This document shows, one piece after another, positions 9,186 to 18,830 of a DNA stretch of 64,000 bases. Position 1 is the stretch's first letter. Each line of letters starts with the position of its first letter. Below the pieces are notes generated by a model. That model saw only the letters and a program-made list of their open reading frames with translations, had not been told where the DNA came from and searched no databases. A program made the translations under genes and the position numbers. This DNA is from an uncultured bacterium (GTDB lineage Bacteria > Verrucomicrobiota > Verrucomicrobiia > Verrucomicrobiales > DEV007), in the NCBI GenBank assembly GCA_963977015.1, contig CAXBMO010000005.1, positions 292,422-356,421 of the forward strand. Direction: 5' to 3'.

Positions 9186-12100
9186 ATGAAACGCCTTCGC
9201 AATACCCCCATTCGAGGAAAACTAACGTTGATCATGCTGATGACCGCCGGGATCGCCATGCTGATCGCGACCGTGACGTCAGCCCTGTTTGAGCGAAGGC
9301 TATTCTTCAACAATCGCGCGAAATCACTCTCTGCGATTGCGGACGTGGTCGCAGCCAACAGCAACTTTGCGCTCTCAGTCCAGGATGCGAATGACGCCGA
9401 AGCCGTACTGGCGACACTCGAAACTGAACCAGATATTCGCGCATCGGCAATCTACGACAAGGAGGACACTCTGCTTGCCTCATTCATCCGCAACAGTGCC
9501 ACGGCGACAGAGCTGCCACCTCAAGCGCCCAAAGATGCGACGCCGCAAATCACCTGGGAGGCGATCGAATTGACCCGCCCGGTATGGCTGGACAATCAGC
9601 GCATCGGAACCATTTACCTGCGCTCTGACACGTTGGGCATCCGCAAAAGGCTCTGGCAACATGGCCAGATTCTCGGGCTGGTCGCCCTCGGTTCACTCGT
9701 CGCCGCATCCATCTTCTCCGCACAACTGCAACGGGTCATTTCCGAACCCATCGTCTCACTGGCCGCCGCGGCGAAACACGTAACCGGAGAAAAAGATTAC
9801 TCAATACGGGTCGATAAACCGGGCGAAGACGAATTGGGCCTGTTAACCGAGGCGTTCAACGAAATGCTCGCCGCGATCGAAACCCAAAACCGCAGCCTCG
9901 AAGATGCGAACGAAAACCTCGAAAACCGGGTCAGGGTCCGCACTGCGGAGCTGAAAAATCGCGAGGAAGAGCTGCGACTTACCGTATCCGGCGCCAAGAT
10001 GGGCACCTGGAATTGGGACGTGAACACCGGTCACCTCGTCTGGTCCAAGCGGTGCCGGGAAATCTATGAGTTTCCAGACGGCGAATCACCCAGCTTTGAG
10101 AAATTCATCGCAATCGTTCATCCCGATGACCGGGCAGCCACCAACAAGGCCCTGAACGCCGCGCTCGAAAGCAAAACCACGTTTGAAAGTCAATATCGGG
10201 TAAGGTGTTCAGATGACGGCTGCCGATGGGTCGAGGCGCTCGGATTGGCAACGTACGACTCGAACGGTCACCCGAAAGTCATGCGCGGAGTCGTCCTCGA
10301 TATAACCGAGCGAAAGCATGCAGAAGAAGCGTTGCGCGAAGCTCGAAATGCCGCGGAAGCCGCCAGCAAAGCCAAGAGTGAGTTCCTCGCCAACATGAGT
10401 CACGAAATTCGCACCCCGATGAATGGCGTCATTGGGATGACCGAATTGCTTCTCAAATCCGACCTTAACACGGCCCAACGGGAAAACGCCGAAGTCGTCA
10501 AGGATTCCGCCCATTCGCTGCTTCGTGTCCTGAACGACATCCTGGATTTTTCCAAGATCGAAGCCGGCAAATTGGAATTGGATCCGCATGAGTTCCGACT
10601 GCGCGACTCAATCGGCGACACTCTGCAACTGCTGGCGATCCAGGCTTCCGAAAAAAGCCTGGAACTGGCCTATCGAATTTCAGATGAGGTTCCCGACGTT
10701 CTTCACGGCGATCCCGCCCGGTTGCGCCAAATTCTAATCAACCTGGTCGGCAACGCGATCAAGTTTACTGAAACCGGCGAAGTGGTGGTTCGGGTGAAGC
10801 TGGCCGAACAATCCCCGCCCACCAACCCGGTTTTACATTTCAGCGTTCGCGATACCGGGATCGGAGTTCCCCCGGACAAGCGGGAACATATCTTCGAGTC
10901 CTTCACCCAGGCCGATGCATCGACAACCCGGACCCACGGCGGAACCGGTCTGGGCTTGGCGATCTCCCATCAGTTGGTGAAAATGATGGGTGGGAAAATG
11001 TGGATCGAAAGTGAGGAAGGCAAAGGGTCTACGTTCCACTTCACCGCCCGCTTCGCCGCAAAATTGATCGGGGTTCCGACAGAGAGGGATCCCGACGAAT
11101 TGCGAGGACTGCCGGTTCTCGTCGTGGATGACAACGCGACCAATCGCCACATCCTGGAGGAGACGCTCTCCAGTTGGAAGATGGTTCCCAAAAGCGCTTC
11201 CAATGGTTCGGACGCCCTGAAGATGCTGCAGAACAACGGCGAAATCCCCTTGGCCATTCTCGACGTGATGATGCCGGAGATGGATGGGCTGGAACTTGGA
11301 CGCCGGATATTGGAAAATCCCCCTGAACAGAGGCCCAAGTTGGTCTTTCTCTCTTCCGCCGGCCACCTCCCCACCCCGGAAGCCCTCAAAGATTTTGGCC
11401 CGGCGCGTTGTCTGGCCAAACCAGCAAAAGACTCCGATCTGCTCGACGCCATTCTTCAGGCACTTTTTCCGGCCGGGACCAGTATTGAACGAAAAGTCTC
11501 TCCTTCCCTAGCCTCCCGGAAATTGGAAGTACTTCTGGTAGAGGACGGCCGGGTCAACCAAATGGTGGCCACCCAAATGCTGGAGGATCGCGGCCATAGT
11601 GTGACCTTGGCGAACAACGGAAACCAGGCGGTCCATGCCGTCGAAACCCAGAGATTCGACGCAGTGTTGATGGACATCCAAATGCCGGAGCTCAATGGCT
11701 ACGAAGCGACTGCCGCGATTCGTGAGCTTGAAGAAAAGAGCGGCGAACATCTTCCCATCATCGCCATGACTGCTCACGCAATGGCCGGCGACCGGGAAAA
11801 ATGTCTCGCAGCCGGGATGGACGATTATCTCTCGAAGCCAATCCAGTCGGCAGATCTCTACCGCGTTTTGGAAGGGCAGTTCGGCCTCGACGACACCGAA
11901 TCCATCCCCCCCTCACAAGCCCCCATCTTCGACGCGACCAAGTTTCGCGCGACGCTCAAAAACCCCGACCTGATGCGAGAGGTTATCGATCTGTTTTTTG
12001 AGGATGCCACGGCTTTCCTCGATGCCATTCAAAGCGGTTTGAACCAAGACGACTCGAAAGCGGTTCACGCCGCAGCGCACTCATTGAAAGGCCTGGTGGG

Positions 12101-12263
12101 GAACTACGCCGCCTCTCCGGCCTACAACAAAGCTCTGGCCCTCGATGAACCGGCTCGAGCCGGAAATCTGGAACAAACCGAGCAACACCTGGCTGAGCTG
12201 CGGGTTGAGATCGACCGGCTGGGAACAGAACTTCGGGAATTCCGAAAAGAGCTCGCCAGCTGA
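9186..12263 (+). CDS. Hybrid sensor histidine kinase (periplasmic sensor-HAMP-PAS-HisKA-HATPase-REC-REC-Hpt)
   Basis: Two TMs, HAMP, PAS (HPDD), FLANMSHEIRTPMNG, NAIKFT, GGTGLGL, two receivers (LDVMMP, MDIQMP), Hpt AAHSLKG. Confidence 0.95.
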   Translation: MKRLRNTPIRGKLTLIMLMTAGIAMLIATVTSALFERRLFFNNRAKSLSAIADVVAANSNFALSVQDANDAEAVLATLETEPDIRASAIYDKEDTLLASFIRNSATATELPPQAPKDATPQITWEAIELTRPVWLDNQRIGTIYLRSDTLGIRKRLWQHGQILGLVALGSLVAASIFSAQLQRVISEPIVSLAAAAKHVTGEKDYSIRVDKPGEDELGLLTEAFNEMLAAIETQNRSLEDANENLENRVRVRTAELKNREEELRLTVSGAKMGTWNWDVNTGHLVWSKRCREIYEFPDGESPSFEKFIAIVHPDDRAATNKALNAALESKTTFESQYRVRCSDDGCRWVEALGLATYDSNGHPKVMRGVVLDITERKHAEEALREARNAAEAASKAKSEFLANMSHEIRTPMNGVIGMTELLLKSDLNTAQRENAEVVKDSAHSLLRVLNDILDFSKIEAGKLELDPHEFRLRDSIGDTLQLLAIQASEKSLELAYRISDEVPDVLHGDPARLRQILINLVGNAIKFTETGEVVVRVKLAEQSPPTNPVLHFSVRDTGIGVPPDKREHIFESFTQADASTTRTHGGTGLGLAISHQLVKMMGGKMWIESEEGKGSTFHFTARFAAKLIGVPTERDPDELRGLPVLVVDDNATNRHILEETLSSWKMVPKSASNGSDALKMLQNNGEIPLAILDVMMPEMDGLELGRRILENPPEQRPKLVFLSSAGHLPTPEALKDFGPARCLAKPAKDSDLLDAILQALFPAGTSIERKVSPSLASRKLEVLLVEDGRVNQMVATQMLEDRGHSVTLANNGNQAVHAVETQRFDAVLMDIQMPELNGYEATAAIRELEEKSGEHLPIIAMTAHAMAGDREKCLAAGMDDYLSKPIQSADLYRVLEGQFGLDDTESIPPSQAPIFDATKFRATLKNPDLMREVIDLFFEDATAFLDAIQSGLNQDDSKAVHAAAHSLKGLVGNYAASPAYNKALALDEPARAGNLEQTEQHLAELRVEIDRLGTELREFRKELAS

Positions 12264-12321
12264 ATTTCGGCTCGCGACAGTCAAGCAGGCGATCTGTGGT
12301 TTGGAAAATTCGGGGAGTCTG

Positions 12322-13701
12322 TCAGGCCAGAATTTCGCGCACCACCCGGGCGGGTTCCACGCCGGTCAACCGCGTATCCAATCCCTGAAACTTCACACTG
12401 AAGCGTTGGTGATCGATTCCGAGTAGGTGAAGCATGGTGGCGTGGAGATCGCGCACGTTGACGACGTTCTCGACTGCGTTGTAGCCAAAGTCATCGGTCG
12501 CGCCATGGCTGACGCCACCTTTGACGCCGCCTCCGGCGAGGAACATGCTGAAGCCCTTGATGTGGTGATCGCGCCCGGTGCCCTGAGCCATCGGGGTGCG
12601 CCCGAATTCGCCCCCAAAGATGACAAGGGTATCGTCAAGCATACCACGCTGCTTTAAATCGGTGATGAGGGCGTAGGTTCCCTGATCGACCAGCTTGGAG
12701 ACGGTTTCGATGCCACCTTTGACGTTGCCGTGGTGATCCCATCCCCGGTGGTAGAGCTGAATGAAGCGAACGCCTCGCTCGGCCATTCGTCGCGCCAACA
12801 GGCAGTTGCTGGCAAAGGTTCCGTCGCCCGGCGTTGCTCCGTACAGGTCGAGGATCTGCTTGGGTTCACTCGAAATGTCGGTGAGTTCCGGAACGGAAGC
12901 CTGCATTTTGAAGGCCAGCTCATACTGGCTGATTTTCGTCGCGATTTCAGGATCCCTGACCTTCGCGTAGCGCTCCCGGTTCAGGGCATTGACGGCATCC
13001 ACCACCGCTTTCTGCTCGGCCCGCGCCACTCCCTTGGGATTACTGACATAGAGCACGGGATCACCCTTGGAATGAAATTGGACGCCCTGGTATTTGCTGG
13101 GGAGAAAGCCGCTATGCCACTGTCGGCTCGCGATGGGCTGGGATTGGCCACCGCCCACGGAGGTAAGGACGACAAAGCCCGGCAGGTCCCGGGTCGAAGA
13201 ACCGAGGCCATAGAGCACCCAGCTGCCCATGCAGGGGCGACCGGATATCTGGGTGCCGCAATTCATGAACGTATGGGCGGGATCGTGATTGATTTGCTCG
13301 GTTTTGAGGGAGCGGACGATGGCGATCTCATCCGCGACTTTGCCGATGAAGGGGAACTTGTCGGCCATCATCTGGCCAGACTTGCCATAGCGAACGAATT
13401 CGTGCTGTGGTCCCATGCAGGTAAGTTGCTTGCCCTGCAATTGCGCGATCGGCTGCCCTTTGGTGATCGATTCGGGCATCGGTTTCCCATCCATTTTGGC
13501 CAACATCGGCTTGTGATCGAACGTCTCCAGGTGCGATGGGCCACCCGCCATGCAGAGGAAAATGACGCGTTTGGCGCGCTGAGCATGATGTAGAATGCGG
13601 GCATCAGAATCGGCCAGGAGTTGCTGCCCGACGGCGAGGGATCCAATCCCGACCGAAGCATGATTGAGAAACGAGCGTCGATTGATCGCGAAAGGATTCA
13701 T
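12322..13701 (-). CDS. DUF1501 domain protein
   Basis: NRRSFL Tat-like leader, MAGGPSHLETFD, GWDHH, GEFGRTP, GRDHH. Confidence 0.92.
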   Translation of the reverse strand: MNPFAINRRSFLNHASVGIGSLAVGQQLLADSDARILHHAQRAKRVIFLCMAGGPSHLETFDHKPMLAKMDGKPMPESITKGQPIAQLQGKQLTCMGPQHEFVRYGKSGQMMADKFPFIGKVADEIAIVRSLKTEQINHDPAHTFMNCGTQISGRPCMGSWVLYGLGSSTRDLPGFVVLTSVGGGQSQPIASRQWHSGFLPSKYQGVQFHSKGDPVLYVSNPKGVARAEQKAVVDAVNALNRERYAKVRDPEIATKISQYELAFKMQASVPELTDISSEPKQILDLYGATPGDGTFASNCLLARRMAERGVRFIQLYHRGWDHHGNVKGGIETVSKLVDQGTYALITDLKQRGMLDDTLVIFGGEFGRTPMAQGTGRDHHIKGFSMFLAGGGVKGGVSHGATDDFGYNAVENVVNVRDLHATMLHLLGIDHQRFSVKFQGLDTRLTGVEPARVVREILA

Positions 13702-13704
13702 GGA

Positions 13705-16700
13705 TCAGTTTCTGGAGGTTGTTTCGTAAGCGTTGAGGATCGTTCGCGCGACCTGGGTCCACGCGGCAAGCTCACCGGGATCAATTCCGGAAGGAACGGG
13801 AGCCGCACCCACCTGCAGAAGTTCGGTCGCGGAACCTTTCTCGGAATCGTAAGCGACACGCTGCGACTCGTAGACTCCGGCTAGAATCTCAAGTTCCTGA
13901 TCCGTGATTTTGCGGGACATGGCCTCCAGCCAGGCCCAACGGAGTTTCGCCTGCAGATCGCCCGTTTGATTCGCGATCCGCTGGGCAAAAACCCGCGATG
14001 CCTCCACAAAAACCGGATCGTTGAGCAGAACCAACGCCTGTTGCGGAATGTTGGATCGCGCCCTCTCGGTGGTGCATTCCTCCCGGCTCGGTGCGTCGAA
14101 GGCCAACATTGCCGGATGGAGAAAGCTCCGGCACCAGAATGTGTAAAGCCCCTTCCGGTAGAGGGATGCACCTTCGTCGGGCTTCCACTCCCTACGCGGA
14201 AAATTCAGATGCTGCCAGTAGCCCGCCGGTTGGAAGGGTTTCACGCTCGGCCCGCCCTTTTCGTGGACAAGCAGGCCACTTAATTCAAGAGCGACATCCC
14301 GAACAAACTCGGCCTCCAGTCTCCAACGCCGTTGCCGGGTCAACCATTGATTGCCCGGATCCGCTTTCGCCATTGCTGCCGTCTCGACCGACGTTTGCTG
14401 ATACGCAGCGGAAGTCAGGAGCAACCGAACCATGTGTTTGACGTCCCAACCGCTCTCTAGGAATTCCACGGCGAGCCAGTCGAGCAATTCGGGATGACTG
14501 GGAGGCACGCCCTGACCACCGAGATCATCCAGATTCTTCGAGATTCCGGCGCCGAAAAACAATTTCCAAAGCCGGTTCACAAAGGTTCTCGCGGTGAGCG
14601 GGTTGGTGTCGGCTACGATCCAGTTCGCCAAATCCAGTCGGTTGGCGCGGCGATCGTTGACAGGTTCATGCGGCAGAAAAACGGGCACGGCCGGCTCCAC
14701 CATTTCGCCCGAATCATCCAACCAATTCCCGCGGGGCAAAACCCGCATGACTCGTGGGTTGGGAAGTGGCTCGCTTGCCAGCATCGTTCGGATTCCCTTT
14801 TCGGTCGCCTCCAGCTGCTTCTTCCAGGTCTCGAGATTGCTGCGCGTCTCGGCAAGAGACGGAGAGATCGAGTTGAAGTGGCGGATGAGCGATGGCTCGT
14901 CGGGGTTGAATTGGGACTGCGCCAAAACGTTGAAGATGACGGGCGGGAATTCGAGGCCGCCGGAGGGAGATGGGTCTTCCTTCGTGGTGTAGGAGATTCG
15001 AAAGCGGCCAAAGCTGTGCCTGGGAAATTGGGAGGTATGGTGCAGGACCACGCTCAGTTGTTGGGCCTCGTCCAACGTGACGGCTTGCTCAAAGGCAAAG
15101 ACGGCCGTGAGCGGTTGATGATCGCCTTTCACATGACCGTTGCCTGCCCAGCCTGCCGTTTTGGGATCGCCGTCAATGGAATGGGCGAGGGGGTAGCCAT
15201 TCTGGGGTTCATCCCCCTCGGCCTTCGCGATCGTGATCTTTTCCGCACCGGCCTGCGCTTCAACATGGGTGAGCACGAAGTTCCCGTCCCGGCCAAAAGC
15301 TTTGTTGGGGAAACTGGGATCGGTCAGAACCTCCAGCCGGAATCCCGTGATGGCACCGGTGGGAGCCGCCGCAACGGTGTAGACTTCCTGGTTGGGCGGG
15401 TTCTTCTCGATCAAGATCAGGCCGGAGTCTTCGATCTTGAACTTGCTGCCGTTTTTCGCCGTGAACTTGGCCGGTTTTGGCGTTTGCCAGGTTTCCTTCT
15501 CGGTGAGCACTTTGGCTCGGGTTTCGGCGATCCAGGCCTCGCGCTCGGTCCGGACTTTGGCAGCAAGGGCGGGATCCCGAGCGAGGACTTTCTCAAGCGT
15601 GTTTTCGGCAAGCTTTTTGCGAAGTTCGGCAATTCGGGTCTCCTCCTCTGGCGTGGGCAATTTGAGATTCGGCTGGCGTTTCCCAATCGGCTTTTCCTTC
15701 ACATCGGCAAAGAACGCCGCCAAGCTGTAGAAGTCTTTTGTGCTGAACGGGTCATACTTGTGATCGTGACACTGGGCGCAACCAATCGTCGTCCCCAGCC
15801 AAACTCCGGAAACGTTGCGAACGCGATCCGCCGCGTGAATCGCCATGTATTCCTTCGCCTGTGCCCCACCCTCTTCGGTCGTTTGAAGCAATCGGTTGTA
15901 GCCGCTGGCAACCCGCTGCTGAATCGTTGGATTGGGTAGAAGATCTCCCGCGAGTTGCTCGATGGTGAACTGGTCATACGGAAGGTTCTGATTGAACGCA
16001 TCAATGACGTAATCGCGATACGCGCTCACCTCCATGGAGTTGTCGCTGTGATACCCAATCGTGTCGGCGTAGCGCACCAAGTCGAGCCAATAGACCGCCA
16101 TTCGTTCGCCGAAACCGGGATCCTCAAGCAAGCGATCGATCATCGCGCGATAGTTTTGCGGAGTCGGGTCGTTGGCAAATTCGGCGACCGCCTCCGGACT
16201 TGGAGAAAGGCCCAGCAGGTCAAAATGAACACGCCGTGCCAAGGTGATGGGATCAGCTTTCGCGGCAGGCTTCAGTCCGCGTTTCTTTTGAGCCGCGAGA
16301 ATAAAATGATCAATCTCGTTGGCAGCCCACTCTTTCGCCTCGGGCACGCCTGGTCGCTCCAGTGCCTTGAAGGACCAATGCAGATCGAATTCGGCCCCGC
16401 CTTCAATCCACTGTTTGAGAATGGTTCTTTCCTCAGACGTCAGATCCTTGTGCGCTTTGGGCGGTGGCATGACCTCATCTGCATCTTCGGAGATGATTCG
16501 CAGCCAGGCTTCCGATTCGTCCAACTTGCCGGGAACGATCGCGGCATAGCCTCCCAAATCACCGAACGCGCCTTCCGCCGTATCCAGGCGGAGATCCGCT
16601 TTTCGATCGTGCTCGTCCGGGCCGTGACAGGCAAAGCATTTGTCCGAAAGTATCGGTCGAACTTCCCGATTGAAATCCGCAGCCTCCATCGGGACGAGGC

Positions 16701-16740
16701 AAAAGAGGGGCAATACCAGGGATAGGGACCGAAAATTCAT
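13705..16740 (-). CDS. PSD1 (DUF1549/DUF1553) and planctomycete cytochrome c domain protein
   Basis: FNREVRPILSDKCFACHGPD, CAQCHDHKYDP, NPLTARTFVNRLW, PQQALVLLN. Confidence 0.92.
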   Translation of the reverse strand: MNFRSLSLVLPLFCLVPMEAADFNREVRPILSDKCFACHGPDEHDRKADLRLDTAEGAFGDLGGYAAIVPGKLDESEAWLRIISEDADEVMPPPKAHKDLTSEERTILKQWIEGGAEFDLHWSFKALERPGVPEAKEWAANEIDHFILAAQKKRGLKPAAKADPITLARRVHFDLLGLSPSPEAVAEFANDPTPQNYRAMIDRLLEDPGFGERMAVYWLDLVRYADTIGYHSDNSMEVSAYRDYVIDAFNQNLPYDQFTIEQLAGDLLPNPTIQQRVASGYNRLLQTTEEGGAQAKEYMAIHAADRVRNVSGVWLGTTIGCAQCHDHKYDPFSTKDFYSLAAFFADVKEKPIGKRQPNLKLPTPEEETRIAELRKKLAENTLEKVLARDPALAAKVRTEREAWIAETRAKVLTEKETWQTPKPAKFTAKNGSKFKIEDSGLILIEKNPPNQEVYTVAAAPTGAITGFRLEVLTDPSFPNKAFGRDGNFVLTHVEAQAGAEKITIAKAEGDEPQNGYPLAHSIDGDPKTAGWAGNGHVKGDHQPLTAVFAFEQAVTLDEAQQLSVVLHHTSQFPRHSFGRFRISYTTKEDPSPSGGLEFPPVIFNVLAQSQFNPDEPSLIRHFNSISPSLAETRSNLETWKKQLEATEKGIRTMLASEPLPNPRVMRVLPRGNWLDDSGEMVEPAVPVFLPHEPVNDRRANRLDLANWIVADTNPLTARTFVNRLWKLFFGAGISKNLDDLGGQGVPPSHPELLDWLAVEFLESGWDVKHMVRLLLTSAAYQQTSVETAAMAKADPGNQWLTRQRRWRLEAEFVRDVALELSGLLVHEKGGPSVKPFQPAGYWQHLNFPRREWKPDEGASLYRKGLYTFWCRSFLHPAMLAFDAPSREECTTERARSNIPQQALVLLNDPVFVEASRVFAQRIANQTGDLQAKLRWAWLEAMSRKITDQELEILAGVYESQRVAYDSEKGSATELLQVGAAPVPSGIDPGELAAWTQVARTILNAYETTSRN

Positions 16741-16894
16741 GGGAGGGCGTTCACGCTATGTCCCCAAACACCCAAATCTTACGAATCTTTTTCCGAAAAC
16801 TGAAATATAACCGCCGATCCTAACAATCGCCAAAACTTAAGCTTTCGACTTGCTCTCTGCCTTTTTGAGCGTTTTGCTCGGAACCAATTTTCCA

Positions 16895-17776
16895 ATGAAT
16901 CTTCTCGAAGCAATCATCCTCGGAATCGTGCAGGGACTTACCGAATTCCTGCCCATTTCATCTTCAGGTCATTTGGTCCTGGTCGGAGAACTCCTTGGGA
17001 TCGAAGCGGAGGCTGGAGAAAACGCGGACGAGATGGCAAAAGCCGCGAAAATCATGTTTGCAGTGGCGGTTCACGTCGGAACGCTGCTTTCCGTGCTGGT
17101 CTACTTTCGGCACCGAATCATCGAGCTCATCGTCGGATTTTTCAAAAGCCCGGTAACTCCGGAACAGCGGAGCGTTCTTTTTCTCGTCCTCGCGACGATT
17201 CCTGCGGTGATCGCGGGCCTGACGCTCAAGCCGTGGTTTGAGAAGGCGTTCCACAGCCCGGTCTTCACGTCCTGCATGCTGATCGTGACCGGAGGACTGC
17301 TCGTGTTGCCAATACTGGTGACCCGCCTGCGCGGGAGTGAGCCAACTGGAGAAGTCACCACAAAATCCGCCTTGATGATGGGATTGGGCCAGGCGTTTGC
17401 GATTCTACCGGGGATTTCCCGCTCGGGCTCGACGATCGCGACGGGAATGATGTCGGGCGTTAATCCACGCCAGGCCGCCGAGTTTTCCTTCTTGATGGCG
17501 ATTCCGGCAATCCTGGGAGGGGCGGTGTTCGAGTTTAAGGATCTGGAAGCTGTTCCCGAGGGAATGATGACCAATTGCATCGTGGGAGCCTTGGTTGCTT
17601 TCGTCACGGGGCTCGCCGCTGTTTACTGGGTGCTCGACAGCATCAGGAAGGGCAAATTCCAATATTTTGCGATCTATTGCGCAGTTGCGGGGATTTTTGG
17701 TATTGTTTACTTTGGATTTCTGTCCGATTCAGAGCCTGAGCTACCAAACGATCCCGTCCCGGAACTGACGCAGTGA
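16895..17776 (+). CDS. uppP: Undecaprenyl-diphosphate phosphatase
   Basis: GIVQGLTEFLPISSSGHL and PGISRSGSTI motifs; multi-TM. Confidence 0.95.
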   Translation: MNLLEAIILGIVQGLTEFLPISSSGHLVLVGELLGIEAEAGENADEMAKAAKIMFAVAVHVGTLLSVLVYFRHRIIELIVGFFKSPVTPEQRSVLFLVLATIPAVIAGLTLKPWFEKAFHSPVFTSCMLIVTGGLLVLPILVTRLRGSEPTGEVTTKSALMMGLGQAFAILPGISRSGSTIATGMMSGVNPRQAAEFSFLMAIPAILGGAVFEFKDLEAVPEGMMTNCIVGALVAFVTGLAAVYWVLDSIRKGKFQYFAIYCAVAGIFGIVYFGFLSDSEPELPNDPVPELTQ

Positions 17777-18642
17777 CGCTACGCGCCCTCAAACCGCTAC
17801 ATTTTGTTCTCGCCAATTTGGCTTTGGTGGCGGCTCCGATGTTCGCGGTTCCCGGGGTGGAACAGGAAACCAGAACCGGTGAACTCGCCGACGGTTTCGA
17901 CTTCCCGGTCGGGAAACCGGATGCATTTGGCTACTACAAGGCAAGAGGGTTTCGCTCCTGGCATCACCTGGGTGAAGACTGGAACGCGCTGGGTGATCCC
18001 AATGGCGATTTGGGCAAACCCATTCACTCCATTGCCCATGGCATCGTCGTCTACTCCGACGACTACGGTTCCAGTTGGGGAAACGTGATCATCGTCCGTC
18101 ACGCCTACCGGCACCGCGACGGGCGAATTTACTACCTCGACTCTCTCTACGCTCACCTCAAGGAGCGCAGCGTCAAACTCTACGACCGCGTGATGCGCGG
18201 CCAATTGCTCGGAACGATTGGTTCCAATCGCGGCATGTATGCCCCTCATCTCCATTTCGAGCTGCGCAAAAACATCAACGTGGGTTTGATTCATAGCCGC
18301 TATGCCAGGGACCTCTCAAACTACTACAGTCCCACCACATTCATCGAGCAGAACCGCACGCTTCGGAAGGAATACCGGAGCCACCCCATCCCGGTGAATA
18401 GCTTTGACACAGGAATCAGCAATCGCCATTCCGGCCCAAGATTGAAAAAGCTGCCGGAGCTTCCCACTCCCAATTCAGACCCGGAGAATCCCACCGTGGA
18501 CAAGAGTTTGCACGACATCCTCATCCGAAATAGACTGATCGATGAGGGAACCGATGAGCCGCCTGAAGTCACTGAACAGCGCGACAAGGTTCGAGCGTTC
18601 TGGTCAGATTTTCGACCTCAGCTGAAAGATGAATCTCAATGA
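17773..18642 (+). CDS. M23-family peptidase
   Basis: HLGEDWN (HxxxD), YAHL, HLHFE; signal peptide; GTGA overlap with uppP. Confidence 0.88.
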   Translation: MTLRALKPLHFVLANLALVAAPMFAVPGVEQETRTGELADGFDFPVGKPDAFGYYKARGFRSWHHLGEDWNALGDPNGDLGKPIHSIAHGIVVYSDDYGSSWGNVIIVRHAYRHRDGRIYYLDSLYAHLKERSVKLYDRVMRGQLLGTIGSNRGMYAPHLHFELRKNINVGLIHSRYARDLSNYYSPTTFIEQNRTLRKEYRSHPIPVNSFDTGISNRHSGPRLKKLPELPTPNSDPENPTVDKSLHDILIRNRLIDEGTDEPPEVTEQRDKVRAFWSDFRPQLKDESQ

Positions 18643-18699
18643 AATTCGACAAAAACCGTCCAAGACGGTAGAAAAATCGCCAAAGTTTGCGATGACTAC

Positions 18700-18737
18700 T
18701 TGTCTAATGTTAGTTAGTTAAGTATGCTGAACTAACT
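18700..18737 (+). promoter_or_regulatory. Putative sigma70 promoter with overlapping inverted repeat
   Basis: TTGTCT(18700)-17 bp-TATGCT(18723); AGTTAGTT-N10-AACTAACT at 18712-18737. Confidence 0.5.
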
Positions 18738-18830
18738 TTGCTCCTACTTTAAACCACATCCCCTGCAAAACCATTACTGGGTTGGCCCTCAACACACCAA
18801 CTCCCAACCCAGACCGATCTACTCAAACAA

